The notes under the pieces: model-generated
What the model was told of the DNA's origin: nothing
Databases searched by the model: none
Seen by the model: only the letters and a program-made list of their open reading frames with translations
Position numbers and translations under genes: made by a program
Origin: Sminthopsis crassicaudata
Lineage: Eukaryota
DNA length: 64,000 nucleotides
Direction of reading: 5' to 3'
Assembly (NCBI RefSeq): GCF_048593235.1
Contig: NC_133621.1
Span: forward strand, 177,741,958-177,805,957
Part shown: positions 26,952 through 40,332 of the stretch, piece after piece
Position numbering within the stretch: position 1 is the stretch's first letter
Layout of the letters: every line of letters starts with the position of its first letter

Positions 26952-27438
26952 GTAAGAAAGCTCTAGGTTCTGAGATATGGCACAGTACTTATGGGTAACA
27001 TTATTTATTTTTCTAGATGAGTAGAGTGACTTTTATCACTACCAACAGAGTTTTCATGAAAATACAAAATTATTCAACTAGGAGAATCCTACTTTAATTC
27101 TGATTCTACATTTCAGGTTATTTATTAAGAAGGTCACATTATCTATTTGAATATTTACCTTCCATTGCAAAAATTCTTGCTTTTACTTGAAAGATACTCT
27201 TCAAAGTTATATTGAGTCATATTTAGGACAAGCATATTCTAAAGGAAGCCTGTCCCAATTGCCCTTAATTCTAATGCCTTCTCTCATAATGTTGATTACT
27301 TTCTATTATTCCTGTGCACCACTTATTTGTAGTTTCTTACATGTTGTCTTCCCTTTTAAACTGGGAGTTCTTTGGAATCAGTGTTTATCTTTTGCTTTTC
27401 TTTATATCTCCATTGCTTTGCACAATGTCAAGAACAGA

Positions 27439-27691
27439 GTTGTTGTTCAATCGTTTCAGTCACATCCATTTCTTCATGACCTTATTTAAGGTTTTCTTGG
27501 CAAACATCTTAGAGTGGTTTTCCATTTCTTTGTCCAGTTTATTTTACAGATGAAAAAAAAAAACAGAGGCAAATAGGATTAAGTGACTTGTCCAGGGTCA
27601 CATAGCTAGTAAGAGATCAGATTTGAACTTAGAAAGATGTGTCTTTCTAACTTCAGTCCAGGCAGTTTATCCACTGGGCCACCTAATTTCC
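27439..27691 (-). mobile_element. MAR1-like CORE-SINE
   Basis: gttgttcaatcgtttcagtcacatcc...ggttttcttggcaaac...aagtgacttgtccagggtcacatagctag. Confidence 0.75.
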
Positions 27692-28179
27692 TGCCTGTAC
27701 ATAGTATGCATTTAACAAATGATTATTAAGTTATTGACTGGCATATAAAGTTTCTGTACTAAATACAACTACAAAACATGCAACCAATAAAACCAAGTAT
27801 AGAAAGTTAAAACACATCAAAATCCTATATGTCTTGAATCTTTTAAAGTCATATCAAGTTTGTTGCTGAATATATCCTTTTCCCTTTCTCACTTGAGGAA
27901 CCATCTCAAATCTATTCTATTCAAAATTGCCTACAAACATACTCAGGCCTTAACTGTTAAAATATTTTTACTCCATGCTGCCATACCCTCAAATTCTTAT
28001 CCTATTTGTCTCTTCCTTTTAATGACTAAAATCCTGTATCTTATAAGTCTAGTGATTTTTTTTTTTAGTTTTTAGTTCTTGTTTTTCTTAGTTTTTATCA
28101 TTTTTAACATCTATAGTTTTCATTATCACTTACTACTTTACTTCCATCTGAATACTTTCTGCATCTTTTTTTTTTTTAA

Positions 28180-29560
28180 TGAGGAAGCAAATAGATGTTG
28201 AGATTAAAGATCTGAATGAAGAAATGCTCAATGGGCCTAGGGAAGAAAATAATCAAGAATAAAAGTAGAAAGGAGGGGTAAAAAGTCTAAGAGAACTCTT
28301 AAAGTGTAGAGAAGGGAAAGTGATAGAACTCTCAATTTTCTCAATAAAATGATTACTTGAATCACTGAGAGGAAAATGGGTTGATGTGGCACTGATGACT
28401 TGAAAAGAAAGAAGAAATATTGGACAGTAAATGCAAATGATGTTGTAAAGATTCAAACATGGAAAAAGTAAAAACATTGGCTTTTATAAATCATGACTTA
28501 GTTGAGATTTTTTTAAAAAATAAATTTGTAGTGGACCTTCTCAGTATAGTAGTGGGATTTTTTTCTAGAAGTGTTCAGTAGCTCATGAGCTGAAGTGAAG
28601 ATAATGGATGATGAAGTGTTCCAGGGAAGAGAATTTGCAGGGAAGGAATAATGGAAGGAGAAGTTGGGGGAGGGATTTAAGGGTAGAAGATGATTTGACT
28701 TCTTGTTGATAGCATCAAGACCATGAAGAGAGAAAAGTGATGTCAGACTAAAATTAATAGACTGCAATATCAGAAAAGATTTGGAGATCACAATAGGGAT
28801 AAATGAGAGATGCAGCAGAGATGAAACAGAGGAAGAAATTGAAGAACAGAAGATTATCAAGATCATGAAGATGGAATAGTTTGGGATGATGGTGAATTCT
28901 AACACGTGCTCAGTCAAATGAGTGACTGAGGTAGAATTGAGATATAGGTTATGACAGTTGAGGAGGCTGATTTACTAGAAGACTAAGAAGAACTAAAAGA
29001 TAGAAATGTAAGCATTTAAATCTCCAAATGTGAGAGGGTAAATTTAGGGGTATAAATGAAAACTGTAACCCAGGCATATTTGAATAGGAAGGGAAGCCTA
29101 TCTGAAAGCTCATGGATGATTTTATCATGAGGAAATGGACAAGGTAATACAGATGGATCATACCAGATATAGGATTGGAAATTCTAGTGGAGAGGAAGCA
29201 ATAAATTGACTCTTGCTTTATTTTAGTTTTTGGCACATGATAGGGAAAAAAACTTGCACTTGAAACTGCAAAAAAAGGATGAGGTGTACTCTGGAGAAAA
29301 CTTTTTTTTTTGTCAATCCAGGAAGCTAGAGAATGCAAGAAGAGATGTATGATAATGAAGTTTGTTAATGATAAGAAGTTGTTTCAGACAGCACAATAAA
29401 AGGGGAGAGCAAAAGAGAATAGTGACCAGGTACAAATAGGAATGAGCCAAAATGGTGAATATTGGGAGAGAAAAGGTGACATAAAAGAACTTTTTTTGCC
29501 TTGTGACTCTGAATCATAGGAATAGAATATCAAGAAGTGAGTTTGCTAACAATAAGACAG
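28180..29560 (-). mobile_element. L2 ORF2 remnant
   Basis: Purine-rich decayed L2 text (ttgagatttt, gatcatgaagatggaatag, gtagaattgagat); ends approximate. Confidence 0.5.
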
Positions 29561-29945
29561 GAGAAGCACCAGTTGATAAAGATACTTAATTGATTAAAGC
29601 AGAGTATATACAGGAGATTCAATATTGAAGCTATAATAATTGTTTGGTATAATGTTCTAATCCCTAATTTTTTCCACTTATCACTTTATAAAATTATAAT
29701 TTGAAAAGCCAACTTGGAAGGGAAAAAAAGCCATCACTAAAGTGATCTATGAAAGGGAAACTCAGAAGACTAAAGAGGGCTTACATTTGGTTAGGAAATT
29801 AGACACTAGGGATTGCAAATGAGGATCTTTGCTATTTAATTGGTTGAAATATAAATTCTATTTTCTAGAGTTTAAAAATCAATTTGCTATACTTTGTATT
29901 TTATCTTTGACACTTGGCACTTCTTGTTGCTTTTTCTTTTGTCAG

Positions 29946-30052
29946 GTACACAAAAGTGATGTCACAGTTGTGGTGTTTTTTATTATGCCTGCCAAGACAA
30001 ATAATTTCAATGTGGAAACCTTGAAAGGACAAGCAGTGAGAAAGCAACTATG
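29946..30052 (+). CDS. GYS2: GYS2 coding exon 8 (107 bp)
   Basis: cag|GTA...CTA TG|gtaaac; [35 protein letters not shown](W). Confidence 0.97.
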
Positions 30053-30284
30053 GTAAACACTGTTCTTGTTAATGTTCTTGAGTTCTAAACTTGAAAAGAT
30101 TTTCTTTTAAAAATTGTTCTATACTACATATTCTTGAGTATACCTTTTGTGGTTCAAGATTATTAAAGAATGGATTCCACTTGAGTCTTGTTTAGTTGAT
30201 GCATTATACTGAATTATGGCTATTTATATGGCTGGAATGGACTGCCGGGAGACATTTTGTGAGATACTTCTTTAATAATTGATT

Positions 30285-31300
30285 AAATTGTTTCTGGCAG
30301 CATGGTAGAATGAGAAGTTTGGAAGGAGAACAACTCTTCAATGTGCCCAATAGAAAATAGACAGGTAAATGGAACTATGAAAGAACTTCAGAAAAGACTT
30401 CAAAGAAAGAAATAATAAAAAACAACAAAATGAACAAGGAGATAAAAAATAAAATCTCCAATGCAGTAATATTAAAGATAGAAAAATCCTTCTAGAAGGA
30501 AAAATAATAAATTTCTTCAAACATGACCCAGAAAAGAGCTGGATTTAGTATAATATACATTAAATTGAGTTTCTTATAAAACTGACACTTTAAAAGAATG
30601 AAATGTTTTTAAAATCTGATAAAAAAAAAGATGAAAGAGAAATATCAATTAGTAATGTATAAGAATTAGTCTCTATAGAAACATACCAAGAAAAATTAAT
30701 AATGAAGGTCATCAATATGGAGAAAGTGGTAGTAAATATGGATTAAGAACATGGAATTGATAAGAAATAAAATTTTCATTTTGGGATTCAAATCGACTAA
30801 CTATGGCCAAAGGCTATCTCAGCTGGGAAAAAATTTGAAAAATTTACAAGAAAAGATGATAGTCTTAGAAAACAGTTCAAAGAAAGCTTGAGTCATCAGA
30901 TCAAGAGGAAAGTATCGGGGTTAAAGAGCCCAACTACCATTTTCAACAAATTGCATAAAAATATCTTCCAAAAGTATTAAGTTTAAATCCACCTGTGGAT
31001 GGATACAATTCATCCTGTGCCATAAGAAAAATATCTCAAATTCAACTCACCAGGCACAATTTATTAAACTAGTTTCATTGATTTTAATTTTGAAAAAAGG
31101 ATTTTACAAGTAGTTAAGAATAATTTGTCAAGGAATCCCAGTTTTAGCTACATAGGCAAATATATACAACATGGGAAAAGAAAAGAAAAATCTAAAATAT
31201 GATTTAAGTTAAAAAAAACTAGGCCTTAAAATGCATATTTTTATTTTTCATAGCATCTCTGAATGTTTCTATAAGAAAAAGAGAAACTAGATGATATATA
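30285..31300 (+). mobile_element. Very degenerate L1/HAL1 ORF1-like remnant
   Basis: A-rich purine-skewed tract with ORF1-like text; no intact frame. Confidence 0.45.
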
Positions 31301-31959
31301 AATAAGCTCAAGAAAAAAATTCTGGATAATTCTTGCTCTTTCTCTCTCATCACTTGGCTACTCATATTCCTCAATGGCTCCCTATTTCCTCTTGAGTAAT
31401 AGATTGTACAAAATACTCAGTGTAGTTTCAATTGCCTCTATACTCTGTCTCTCCAACTCCTCCAACCTACTTTATTTCCATTCTCATTCTTCTAACTATC
31501 CTTCATAATACTGTTCTAGAAGATCAAACTGACAAGATTCTAATTGTTTTCTGTACAGTGAACTTTCATTCGCCGCTTCTGAAACTTTGCATAAGTGATT
31601 CTCCATGTCTATAATGTACTCTTGCTTCCTTCTATTTCAGCGTCCCTGGCTATACTTCAGATTCAGCTCTTTCTTTGAACCTTTCCTAATCCCCAAAGTT
31701 GTGATATCTTCCTTTTGAAATATATATTTTTTATTACACTGGACACATTTTGCATTTATTTTTATACATATCTCATTCTTCCAATAAAATGCAAGCTCCT
31801 TCAGAGCAGGAACTGTTTTGTTTCTAATATTTGTATTTCTAGTGCCTAATACAGTGCATTGAACATAATAGACATTTTTAAAGTATTGAGGTTTTAAGTT
31901 TTTAATTGACAGAGTTTTGGTGACAAATGGCACAATATGTCCAGTATTTTTAGAAAACA

Positions 31960-32500
31960 AAATAGAATTACACAATAATTGTCACCAAAAAATGTGTACA
32001 ATCCTTTGACCCAGAAATACTAACAGATTATATCCCCAAGTAGTTTATTGCCAGGGAGGAAAAAGACACATCTACATAAAACCATTCTTAGTAACTCTGT
32101 TTTATAATAGCAAAAAGTAGGTGTCAAATGACTGGCGAATGACTGAGTAAAGACATTATGTGGAAATTTAAGGAAATGTTATTGTACCCTTAAGAAGCAA
32201 CAAAATATGATAAGTTACTAGAAATGTGAGACTTATATGAAATGATGCCAAATAAAATAAATGGAACCAAAAGAACAACTTGTACTCATTACAATTATCT
32301 ATTCAAAGACAACAACAGTAACAGCAACATGTTCATATCAAATTCACTGATAAAGCAAAAAAAAAAAAAAAAAAAAGGAATCACAAAAAGATAGTATATG
32401 TGATAGCATACAAAAGTCAACATATACATTTTTGAATTGGTGTTAAGAATCACTAAACAAAGGAACAATGTAAACTGCAATCATTTACAATCCATTTTTC
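31960..32500 (+). mobile_element. Old L1 ORF2 C-terminus/3' end
   Basis: cctttgacccagaaatac and aatgactgagtaaag-type L1 3' text. Confidence 0.6.
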
Positions 32501-33070
32501 TTTCATTTCACTTGTTCATTTTTATGTCCTCAATTTAATATATGCACACACAGAAATGCATGTATATATGTGCATATATTTGAATTCCTGTACTAATAAA
32601 TGGAAGTTAAAATTACAGTTTTATATAAAACTTTGTCTAAATTCTCCAGTTTGGGATAGTTTAGGTGTGAGATTAGATTAGATGGAGATGCAAATAATGG
32701 GAAGCACTATAGAAAATAGGAAGAGTTAGTCTTAATTCTCTGCTACCAGCACAAATTCTTCTTTTTCATTTAAAAATATTCATTGTAATTCCCCCTCCCC
32801 CCAAAAATTGTTTTCTCTCTAAAGTTTCTGGATTCATACACTTCCCTCTAGATCAGTTCATAGAAGTATTCCTACTTCCCTCTTATGACATGATAATATT
32901 TCATTGAATTTATACACTACAATTTGTTTTGCTATTTGCCAACAAAGAGACTGTCGGTATATTTTCAAAGAAAGTAAAATAATGCCTTTTATTTTTCATA
33001 GCATTCAAAAATTTAAATAAGAAAAACTGTGATACCAAAAATTAATTTTGAAATATTTTATTTTAAACAG

Positions 33071-33130
33071 GGATACAGCAAATTCAGTGAAAGAAAAGTT
33101 TGGAAAGAAACTCTATGATGCACTACTAAG
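33071..33130 (+). CDS. GYS2: GYS2 coding exon 9 (60 bp)
   Basis: cag|G GAT...CTA AG|gtagat; DTANSVKEKFGKKLYDALL(R). Confidence 0.96.
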
Positions 33131-33381
33131 GTAGATACTCTGAGCATATTGCTTCAAACATTTTAGACTTTTTAAAACAATTTATATTCAGAATATATAA
33201 CATAAGAACTATATGTAATACCATGTATGAAGACTTTTGTAAATATGTGCTAGGTCAGTTTAACCAGGATACTATATATCCCTCAATTTGATATGAACAG
33301 AATGAATTTTCTTTAGAAACCTAAATTAAAATGACCTTTAAACATGCAATCAGATTATTTTTAAAAAGATATTCCTTTTTT

Positions 33382-33603
33382 AATTAGAGTAGGTAATGAG
33401 GAAACCAAACTATCACTCTTTGCAGATGATATGATGGTATACTTACAGAGCTCCAGAGAACCAACTAAAAAGCTATTAGAAATAATTCACAACTTTAGCA
33501 AAGTTGCAGGATACAAAATAAATCTACATAAATTCTCATCATTTTTATACATCACCAACAAAATCCACTAGCAAGAGATACAAAGAGAAATTCCGTTCAA
33601 AAA
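33382..33603 (+). mobile_element. Isolated internal L1 ORF2 fragment covering the RT active site
   Basis: IRVGNEETKLSLFADDMMVYLQSSREPTKKLLEIIHNFSKVAGYKINLHKFSSFLYITNKIH*QEIQREIPF; FADD at 33419-33430. Confidence 0.92.
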
Positions 33604-34098
33604 TATTCTTTTTTTTTAAATTTTGGGTTCCAATTTCTCTCTATCTCTAGACCCTCCCTAATGTGTGGAGAAGGTAAACAATCTGATACCCATTATAAAC
33701 ATGAAATCATTATGCAATCAAATTCTAAATCATCTTTGGCTTTGTCAAGGTTTTTACAGGGTGGACTGAGTTGTTGTCTGAATACATGGAGAAGCTTCTC
33801 TTTTAGTTAACTTGTGGTAAAGATGGTAGTTTGAATAAATATTGATAGATGCAGGGTAAATGAATAGTTTGTTGTTACCAATCCAATTTAAACTAGTTAT
33901 CACCATAGAAAACTTTGTTTGGGGCCGATAGAGCTTCACTCTGGTGAAATGTGCCAGAAATAATGACTGAATCATATTCAGGGGTGAAATTAATTTCTTA
34001 GAAAGTTAATTTAAATGTATCTTGAATAAGTAATAAAATACAATGCTCTGTCTATGGGAAACCAGTTTTTGTTGAAAAGGAATTTCTCCACACCTTTT

Positions 34099-34243
34099 TT
34101 TTTTTCCCCTGAGGCAATTGGGGTTAAGTGACTTGCCCAGGGTCACACAGCTAGGAAGTGTTAAGTGTCTGAAACCAAATTTGAATCAGGTCCTCCTGAC
34201 TTCAGGGCCGGTGCTCTATCCATTATACCACTTGGCTGCCCAC
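34099..34243 (-). mobile_element. WSINE1-like SINE, full length
   Basis: T tail, gaggcaattggggttaagtgacttgcccagggtcacacagctaggaagtg core; 13-bp TSD CTCCACACCTTTT at 34086-34098 and 34244-34256. Confidence 0.88.
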
Positions 34244-34332
34244 CTCCACACCTTTTGCAAACTCTGAATCTTAATTGGGAATTGCTTTAAATTAGTATCA
34301 GTTTGCTATATTCTGCATATTTTCCTCTGTAG

Positions 34333-34411
34333 AGGAGAAATTCCTGATTTGAACAAGATCCTGGATCGAGATGATGTGACAATTATGAAAAGAGCCATCT
34401 TTTCTACTCAG
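34333..34411 (+). CDS. GYS2: GYS2 coding exon 10 (79 bp)
   Basis: tag|A GGA...CAG|gtaaaa; [26 protein letters not shown]. Confidence 0.96.
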
Positions 34412-34509
34412 GTAAAAAAAATAAAAAAGGTTTTTCCTTGTTTTAGTTTTACTAATTTGAACCAGAACAAAAATTTGTATTTTAAAATATAAGAGGTTTA
34501 AAATCCTGT

Positions 34510-34540
<31 letters not shown>

Positions 34541-35370
34541 CTGTATACACATGTATATGTGCATATATTTATTTTTTTAATTTATTTATATGTAATTTTA
34601 AAATAATTGCATTTAAGAGATACTAGGAATCTGAATGTGATAATATGGCACTCCCCATATATTACCACATTTATGTAATGAAGGAACCAAATATTCTCTT
34701 TATACAAATGAATGTATAATCTAAGGATTATGCAAAACATTACTCTAAGGACTAGCTTTACCTTAACCATTACCATTAACTAATTTTCCATTATACAATT
34801 TGTCACTACCAGCAGCAATTTCCAATCTTTGTGTCTGAATTTGGCACAAACTTTAAAAAAATCCTCATTTGGTGGTTGTTTATTGGGTCTGTACAAAGCC
34901 TCACTACTGAACGAAAGATTTTTAAATGTAATTTTTAAAAAATATTTTTATTAGGAACTTAATTACCAACAAAAGCAAACATTCCAATATGCAAGAAAAG
35001 AGAATTCTGTATGAAATCATGAAATCATGTATACAGATTGTTTTTAAAGTTTATATAAGACATAATGAAAATGAATACCAGTTCTACAAAAACAGCACAT
35101 TCAGAGTTATCTTTCAAAAGTGCTCATCATATGGCAATTCAACATTGTCACCAGCCAAAAGCATCAGAACAAATTTCAAGGGTTGTTTGACCTTATAATG
35201 GTTACAGTAAAACTTGGACTGCTGAACTCCAGTTTAAGTGGAGGGGAATCTTTTTGATTGTTTATGGGGGGCGGGGGGAGATGATGAAAAAAGAGAGTCT
35301 TTAATTGGGCCTTTAATTGCTCAAGTAAATAGCCTCAGTTTGACAAAATATTCATAAGTTTTGCTGAAGA

Positions 35371-35568
35371 NNNNNNNNNNNNNNNNNNNNNNNNNNNNNN
35401 NNNNNNNNNNNNNNNNNNNNNNNNNNNNNNNNNNNNNNNNNNNNNNNNNNNNNNNNNNNNNNNNNNNNNNNNNNNNNNNNNNNNNNNNNNNNNNNNNNNN
35501 NNNNNNNNNNNNNNNNNNNNNNNNNNNNNNNNNNNNNNNNNNNNNNNNNNNNNNNNNNNNNNNNNNNN
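35371..35568. other. Assembly gap
   Basis: Run of N in GYS2 intron 10. Confidence 1.
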
Positions 35569-36479
35569 CTCTCCTCTAATGAACTGCCATAATGTAGCAC
35601 CCCCATAGTCACTTTCTGGTTTCTAGAACCTGACAAAATTCTCCACCTATTCCACCACTGCTTACAACCAGCTTTATCAATGTAAATTTTAAAACTTGAA
35701 AACAGGAAAAACAAATTTGTGAGCCCACTCTTTTGGCATTTAGTGCCACTACTTCAGCAAAAGGCAGCAATCTAGGAAAGAACAAAGGGCCATGAATGAG
35801 CAACTCAGATGCACTAACTAGGACCTGGAAGACTTGGATCAAAGCAATGAATCTGAGATTTTGGGACTATAGCTAAGAAAACTTCTGCAACATGGAAAAG
35901 GGAAAGCCTTCTGTTTAGTGGCTTGAAATGTCAGTGTTCTTGAGCAGCTTACTATTCCATGGCCAATTTCCTTTCTTTTTGAGATTCTTGGTTGAAATCT
36001 TCAATCCTCGTTTCTTTCATGAGCCTTTATATGCAGGATATATCAAATGTTCCCTTCCAATAAGAATCTGCTATGCTCTCCATAGGATATTTTGGGGATG
36101 TAAATCCAACATGGCTTCTCTGGAAGGACAAGATCATGACATGAAGGACAGCATGAGTGTATATGTGTGGGGGTGGGGGTAGGGGTGGGTGTGTTGGTGT
36201 CTGGGTGTGTATAGTGGGTGAAATTGGAATCTTAATCAAAAGGCCTGGCTTCAAGTCTCCTTTGTGACTGATTAAATCTCTTCATTGCTCAACTTCAATA
36301 TTCTTATTTGCACAGTGGAAAGATTATTTCTATAACCTTCCTAGTTATGAGAAAAGTACTTTGAAAAGCTAATAAGTGGATACTATTATAATGAAGAAAG
36401 GCTGATAATCAGCTATTGCTGATTCCAATAATACATAGATTATCTTTAACACAACTTTTTCTTTATCCTATACCTCTAG

Positions 36480-36713
<234 letters not shown>

Positions 36714-37078
36714 TGAATTAAAATAATCCATAACAAGTTTTTATTAAAGGACTACAGTGTCCTAGGTTCTGTGGTGCTGGAGATACAAAGACAAAAAATG
36801 AAATAACCTTTTCCCTCTAGAAGCTTATGTTCTACCAAGGGAGAAAACTCTTACATATATTATTCACATAGAACATAATAGCTCTATACATATGAACATA
36901 AAGCTAAATGGATTAGAATCTTATAGTAGATGGTCCTTACCAGTTTTAAGGAAAATAAAGGATTCTAAGAGGCCTAGGGGAGGAGGGAATACACTATAAA
37001 TGGAATGCCAAATGTGAAGAATATCAAGAAGCCAGAGAAAGTGAATCACAAGGCTAGAAAGGTAAGAGGAGGCCACAC

Positions 37079-37110
<32 letters not shown>

Positions 37111-37232
37111 GTTAAAAGTTAAAGAGGTTTTACATATTACATTATTTGATCATAAAGGCAACAAGATATCTTTGTACTTTAATTTCTTCCTTCCTTTTTT
37201 TTTTTTTTCTCATGTGAGTTTTTCTCAACTAG

Positions 37233-37361
<129 letters not shown>

Positions 37362-37794
37362 TAGTATTATTCATAAAGATATATGTATATGTATATGTGT
37401 GTGTATGAATGCACATGCACATGGGTGCATGTTGAAAGCATACTGTCAAATGATTTACATGTCCACTTTCCTTAAATGCTTTTTTTTTTTTTTTTTTTTT
37501 TTTTTTGGAGGGGGAAATCTTACCTTTAAAATTTCTGTTATAAAAATGGCTTGCTGATTCAGGAAGATGAATGGAATATTATCAGAAATGAAGGTGATAT
37601 TAAAAAAACATAGCAAAATATTTTTTAAATAATATGTAATCAATGACATACAGCTTGCACCAAGGTGCTTTATTATTATTATTATTTTAAATAACATAGG
37701 ATTTATAGTCAATTTTCAATTAGTTTGTGGGGTTAATAAAAGAATATAGGATTGACCTAGAAGTGAAGGCAGAGGAAAGAAGATACCACTGTCA

Positions 37795-37947
37795 GGGAGA
37801 GTGTAGTGGATAGAGAACCAGCCCTGAAGTTGGGAAGACCGGAATTCAAATCTGATCTCAGACACTTAACACTTCCTAACTGTGTGACCCTGGGCAAGTC
37901 ACTTAACCCCAATTATCTCAGCCAAAAAGGAAAAAAAAAAAAAAAGG
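37795..37947 (+). mobile_element. WSINE1-like SINE
   Basis: tagtggatagag (A box), gaattcaaatc (B box-like), CORE segment ctgtgtgaccctgggcaagtcacttaacccc, A tail. Confidence 0.85.
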
Positions 37948-38477
37948 GAGGCAAGGACCAGAGAAAAATATTTTTCTTTCTTTGCTGGCCTTTGTTTAGA
38001 AACTCTGAAATGCATAAGATATAGGCATAATAATATATTTTATCTTTTAATACCATAATAATTCAGACTTCTTTAATATGAAAAAGGGATAAAAAATTTT
38101 ATGTAGATTTTCTATATCTCTGAGTGTCACATCCCTAGTCCCCATAAAGTGGAAGAGATAATTGCATTCACTATTTTATGCATTTCTAGTTTTCATCCAT
38201 TACTATAGATAATTACTGACTGTAAATAATAATAATAATAATAACTCACATTTAAATAGTGCTTTAAAGTTTATAGAGTACTTTACATGAATTACTTTTT
38301 AATCCTCACAATAAGCCCAAAAAGGTAAATACTTTAACAATTCCCTTTAAGATGAGTAAGCAGAGAAAAGTACATAGCTAATAAATGTCTGAGACATGTT
38401 TTGAACCTAGGAATTTCTTAATTTAAATGCACTTATTCATCGATATACTTTAATATATTAGTGGAGGGAAGTTTAGC

Positions 38478-38625
38478 TTTTTTTGTGGTTCATTGGCCTC
38501 TTTGCCAGTCAAGAGAACCCTATGCATCCCTTTTCAGAATAATGTCTTTAAATACATAAAACAAATCATGTAGGCTTACTAAGGAAACCAATTATATTGA
38601 AATATATCTATCAAGATTAAAAAAA
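38478..38625 (+). mobile_element. hAT/Charlie-type DNA transposon remnant
   Basis: cccttttcagaataatgtctttaaatacataaaa...ctaaggaaaccaattatattgaaata; second copy at about 10275-10405. Confidence 0.55.
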
Positions 38626-38850
38626 AAAGTTTATGGCTCAGATTAAAAACCCATTAAAAACCCAGGATATATACTTTTAAGTGAAATATAGCAACATGAT
38701 GCAATGGTACATCTTATACATACAGGAATTGTTCTGTTCTACAGTCTATTCTTGATGCCATTACTTCATTGGTTTTTCAGGGATCCAGTAGCACTGTTAC
38801 CTTTATCACCAAGATAGATCACTTTTTAGCTGGAGCTATGATGTCTAATT

Positions 38851-39727
38851 TTTTTTTATTTTTTTAATTAATTTTTATAATTATAACATTTTCTTTGACA
38901 GTACACATTCATAGGTAATTTTTTTTTACAACATTATCCGTTGTACTCCCTTCTGTTCCAAATTTTTCCCCTCCTTCCCTCCACCCCCTCCCCTAGATGG
39001 CAGGCATTCCCATACATATTAAATATTTTATAATATATCCTAGGTACAATATATATATGTGCAAAACCAAATTTTGTTGTTGTTGTTGTTGCAAAGGAAG
39101 AATTGTATTCGGAAGCTAAAAATAATCTGGGAAGAAAAACAAAACAAAACAAAACAGTGCTCACAGTTTACACTCATTTCCCAGTGTTCCTTTTCTGGGT
39201 ATAGCTGATTCTGTCTATCATTGATCAATTGGAATTGGATTAGCTCTTCTCTATGTTGAAGATATCCACTTCCATCAGAATACATCCTCATACAGTATCA
39301 TTGTTGAAGTGTATAATGATCTTCTAGTTCTGCTCATTTCACTCAGCATCAGTTGATGTAAGTCTCTCCAAGCCTCTCTGTATTCCTCCTGTTGGTCGTT
39401 TCTTACAGAAGGATAATATTCCATAACCTTCATATACCACAATTTACCCAACCATTCTCCAATTGATGGACATCCATTCATTTTCCAGTTTCTAGCCACT
39501 ATGAAAAGGGCTGCCACAACATTTTGGCACATACAGGTCCCTTTCCCTTCTTTAATATTTCCTTGGGATATAAGCCCAGGAGTAGCACTGCTGGGTCAAA
39601 GGGTATGCACATTTTGATAACATTTTGGGCATAATTCCAGATTGCTCTCCAGAATGGTTGGATTCTTTCACAACTCCACCAACAATGTATTAGTGTCCCA
39701 GTTTTCCCACATCCCCTCCAACATTCA
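38851..39727 (-). mobile_element. 5'-truncated young L1 (ORF2 C-terminus + 3' UTR + tail)
   Basis: T-rich tail at left; ORF2 C-terminal text (VAALFIVARNWKMNGCPSIGEWLGKLW); 14-bp TSD TATGATGTCTAATT at 38837-38850 and 39728-39741. Confidence 0.92.
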
Positions 39728-40295
39728 TATGATGTCTAATTAAAAGACAAAAATTAATTTCATATCTAAAACAAAGAAAATAATGACTTTTTGGTCAGAT
39801 AATTAACCAGAAATATACTTCTTTATTTGTTTAGAAACCATTTCCTTTGTTATTTGAAAGGAAGAAGTTTCAGGAAAAAAAATCAATTTTAAAATCAATA
39901 GCAAAGGAACTGTTATATCTTTGTGACACAATAATACTTGTGAAATTATTAATTCTAGATCCAGCTAAGGTAAATTAGGGTAGCTAAATGATATTGTGGA
40001 TAGAGTACCAGGCCAAAGTTCAAAGCTGGCCTCAGACACTTACAAGTGGTAGAAATCTATTTGCCACTATTTCCTCATCTCTAAAATGATCTGAAGAACA
40101 AAATGGCAAATGCCCAACAAAGAATCAGATTCAATGAAATAACTGAATACCAACCACATAAAGACCCAGATAAAGGGAAGGCAGAGGTTTGGGAATTGTG
40201 GACAGCAGATTTGACAAGAACAATGAAGAATTTTAAAAAAATATTTAGTATTTTTAATTTTTAGAAAATTGTCTTTTTAAAAAGTGAATACTAAT

Positions 40296-40332
<37 letters not shown>
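40296..40332 (-). pseudogene. 3'-truncated U6 snRNA retrocopy (U6 nt 1-37)
   Basis: Reverse complement GTGCTTGCTTCGGCAGCACATATACTAAAATTGGAAC equals the U6 5' end with one C>T; flanked by AATACTAATGTTC at 40287-40299 and 40333-40345. Confidence 0.93.

Noticed and set aside
29941-29952. AG|GT junctions at exons 4, 8, 12 and 14 as recursive splice sites
   Set aside because: AG|G is the normal acceptor consensus, the reconstituted donors are mostly weak, and the introns are short
39275-39532. 85-aa minus-strand ORF as a host gene
   Set aside because: It is the L1 ORF2 C-terminus of a truncated element
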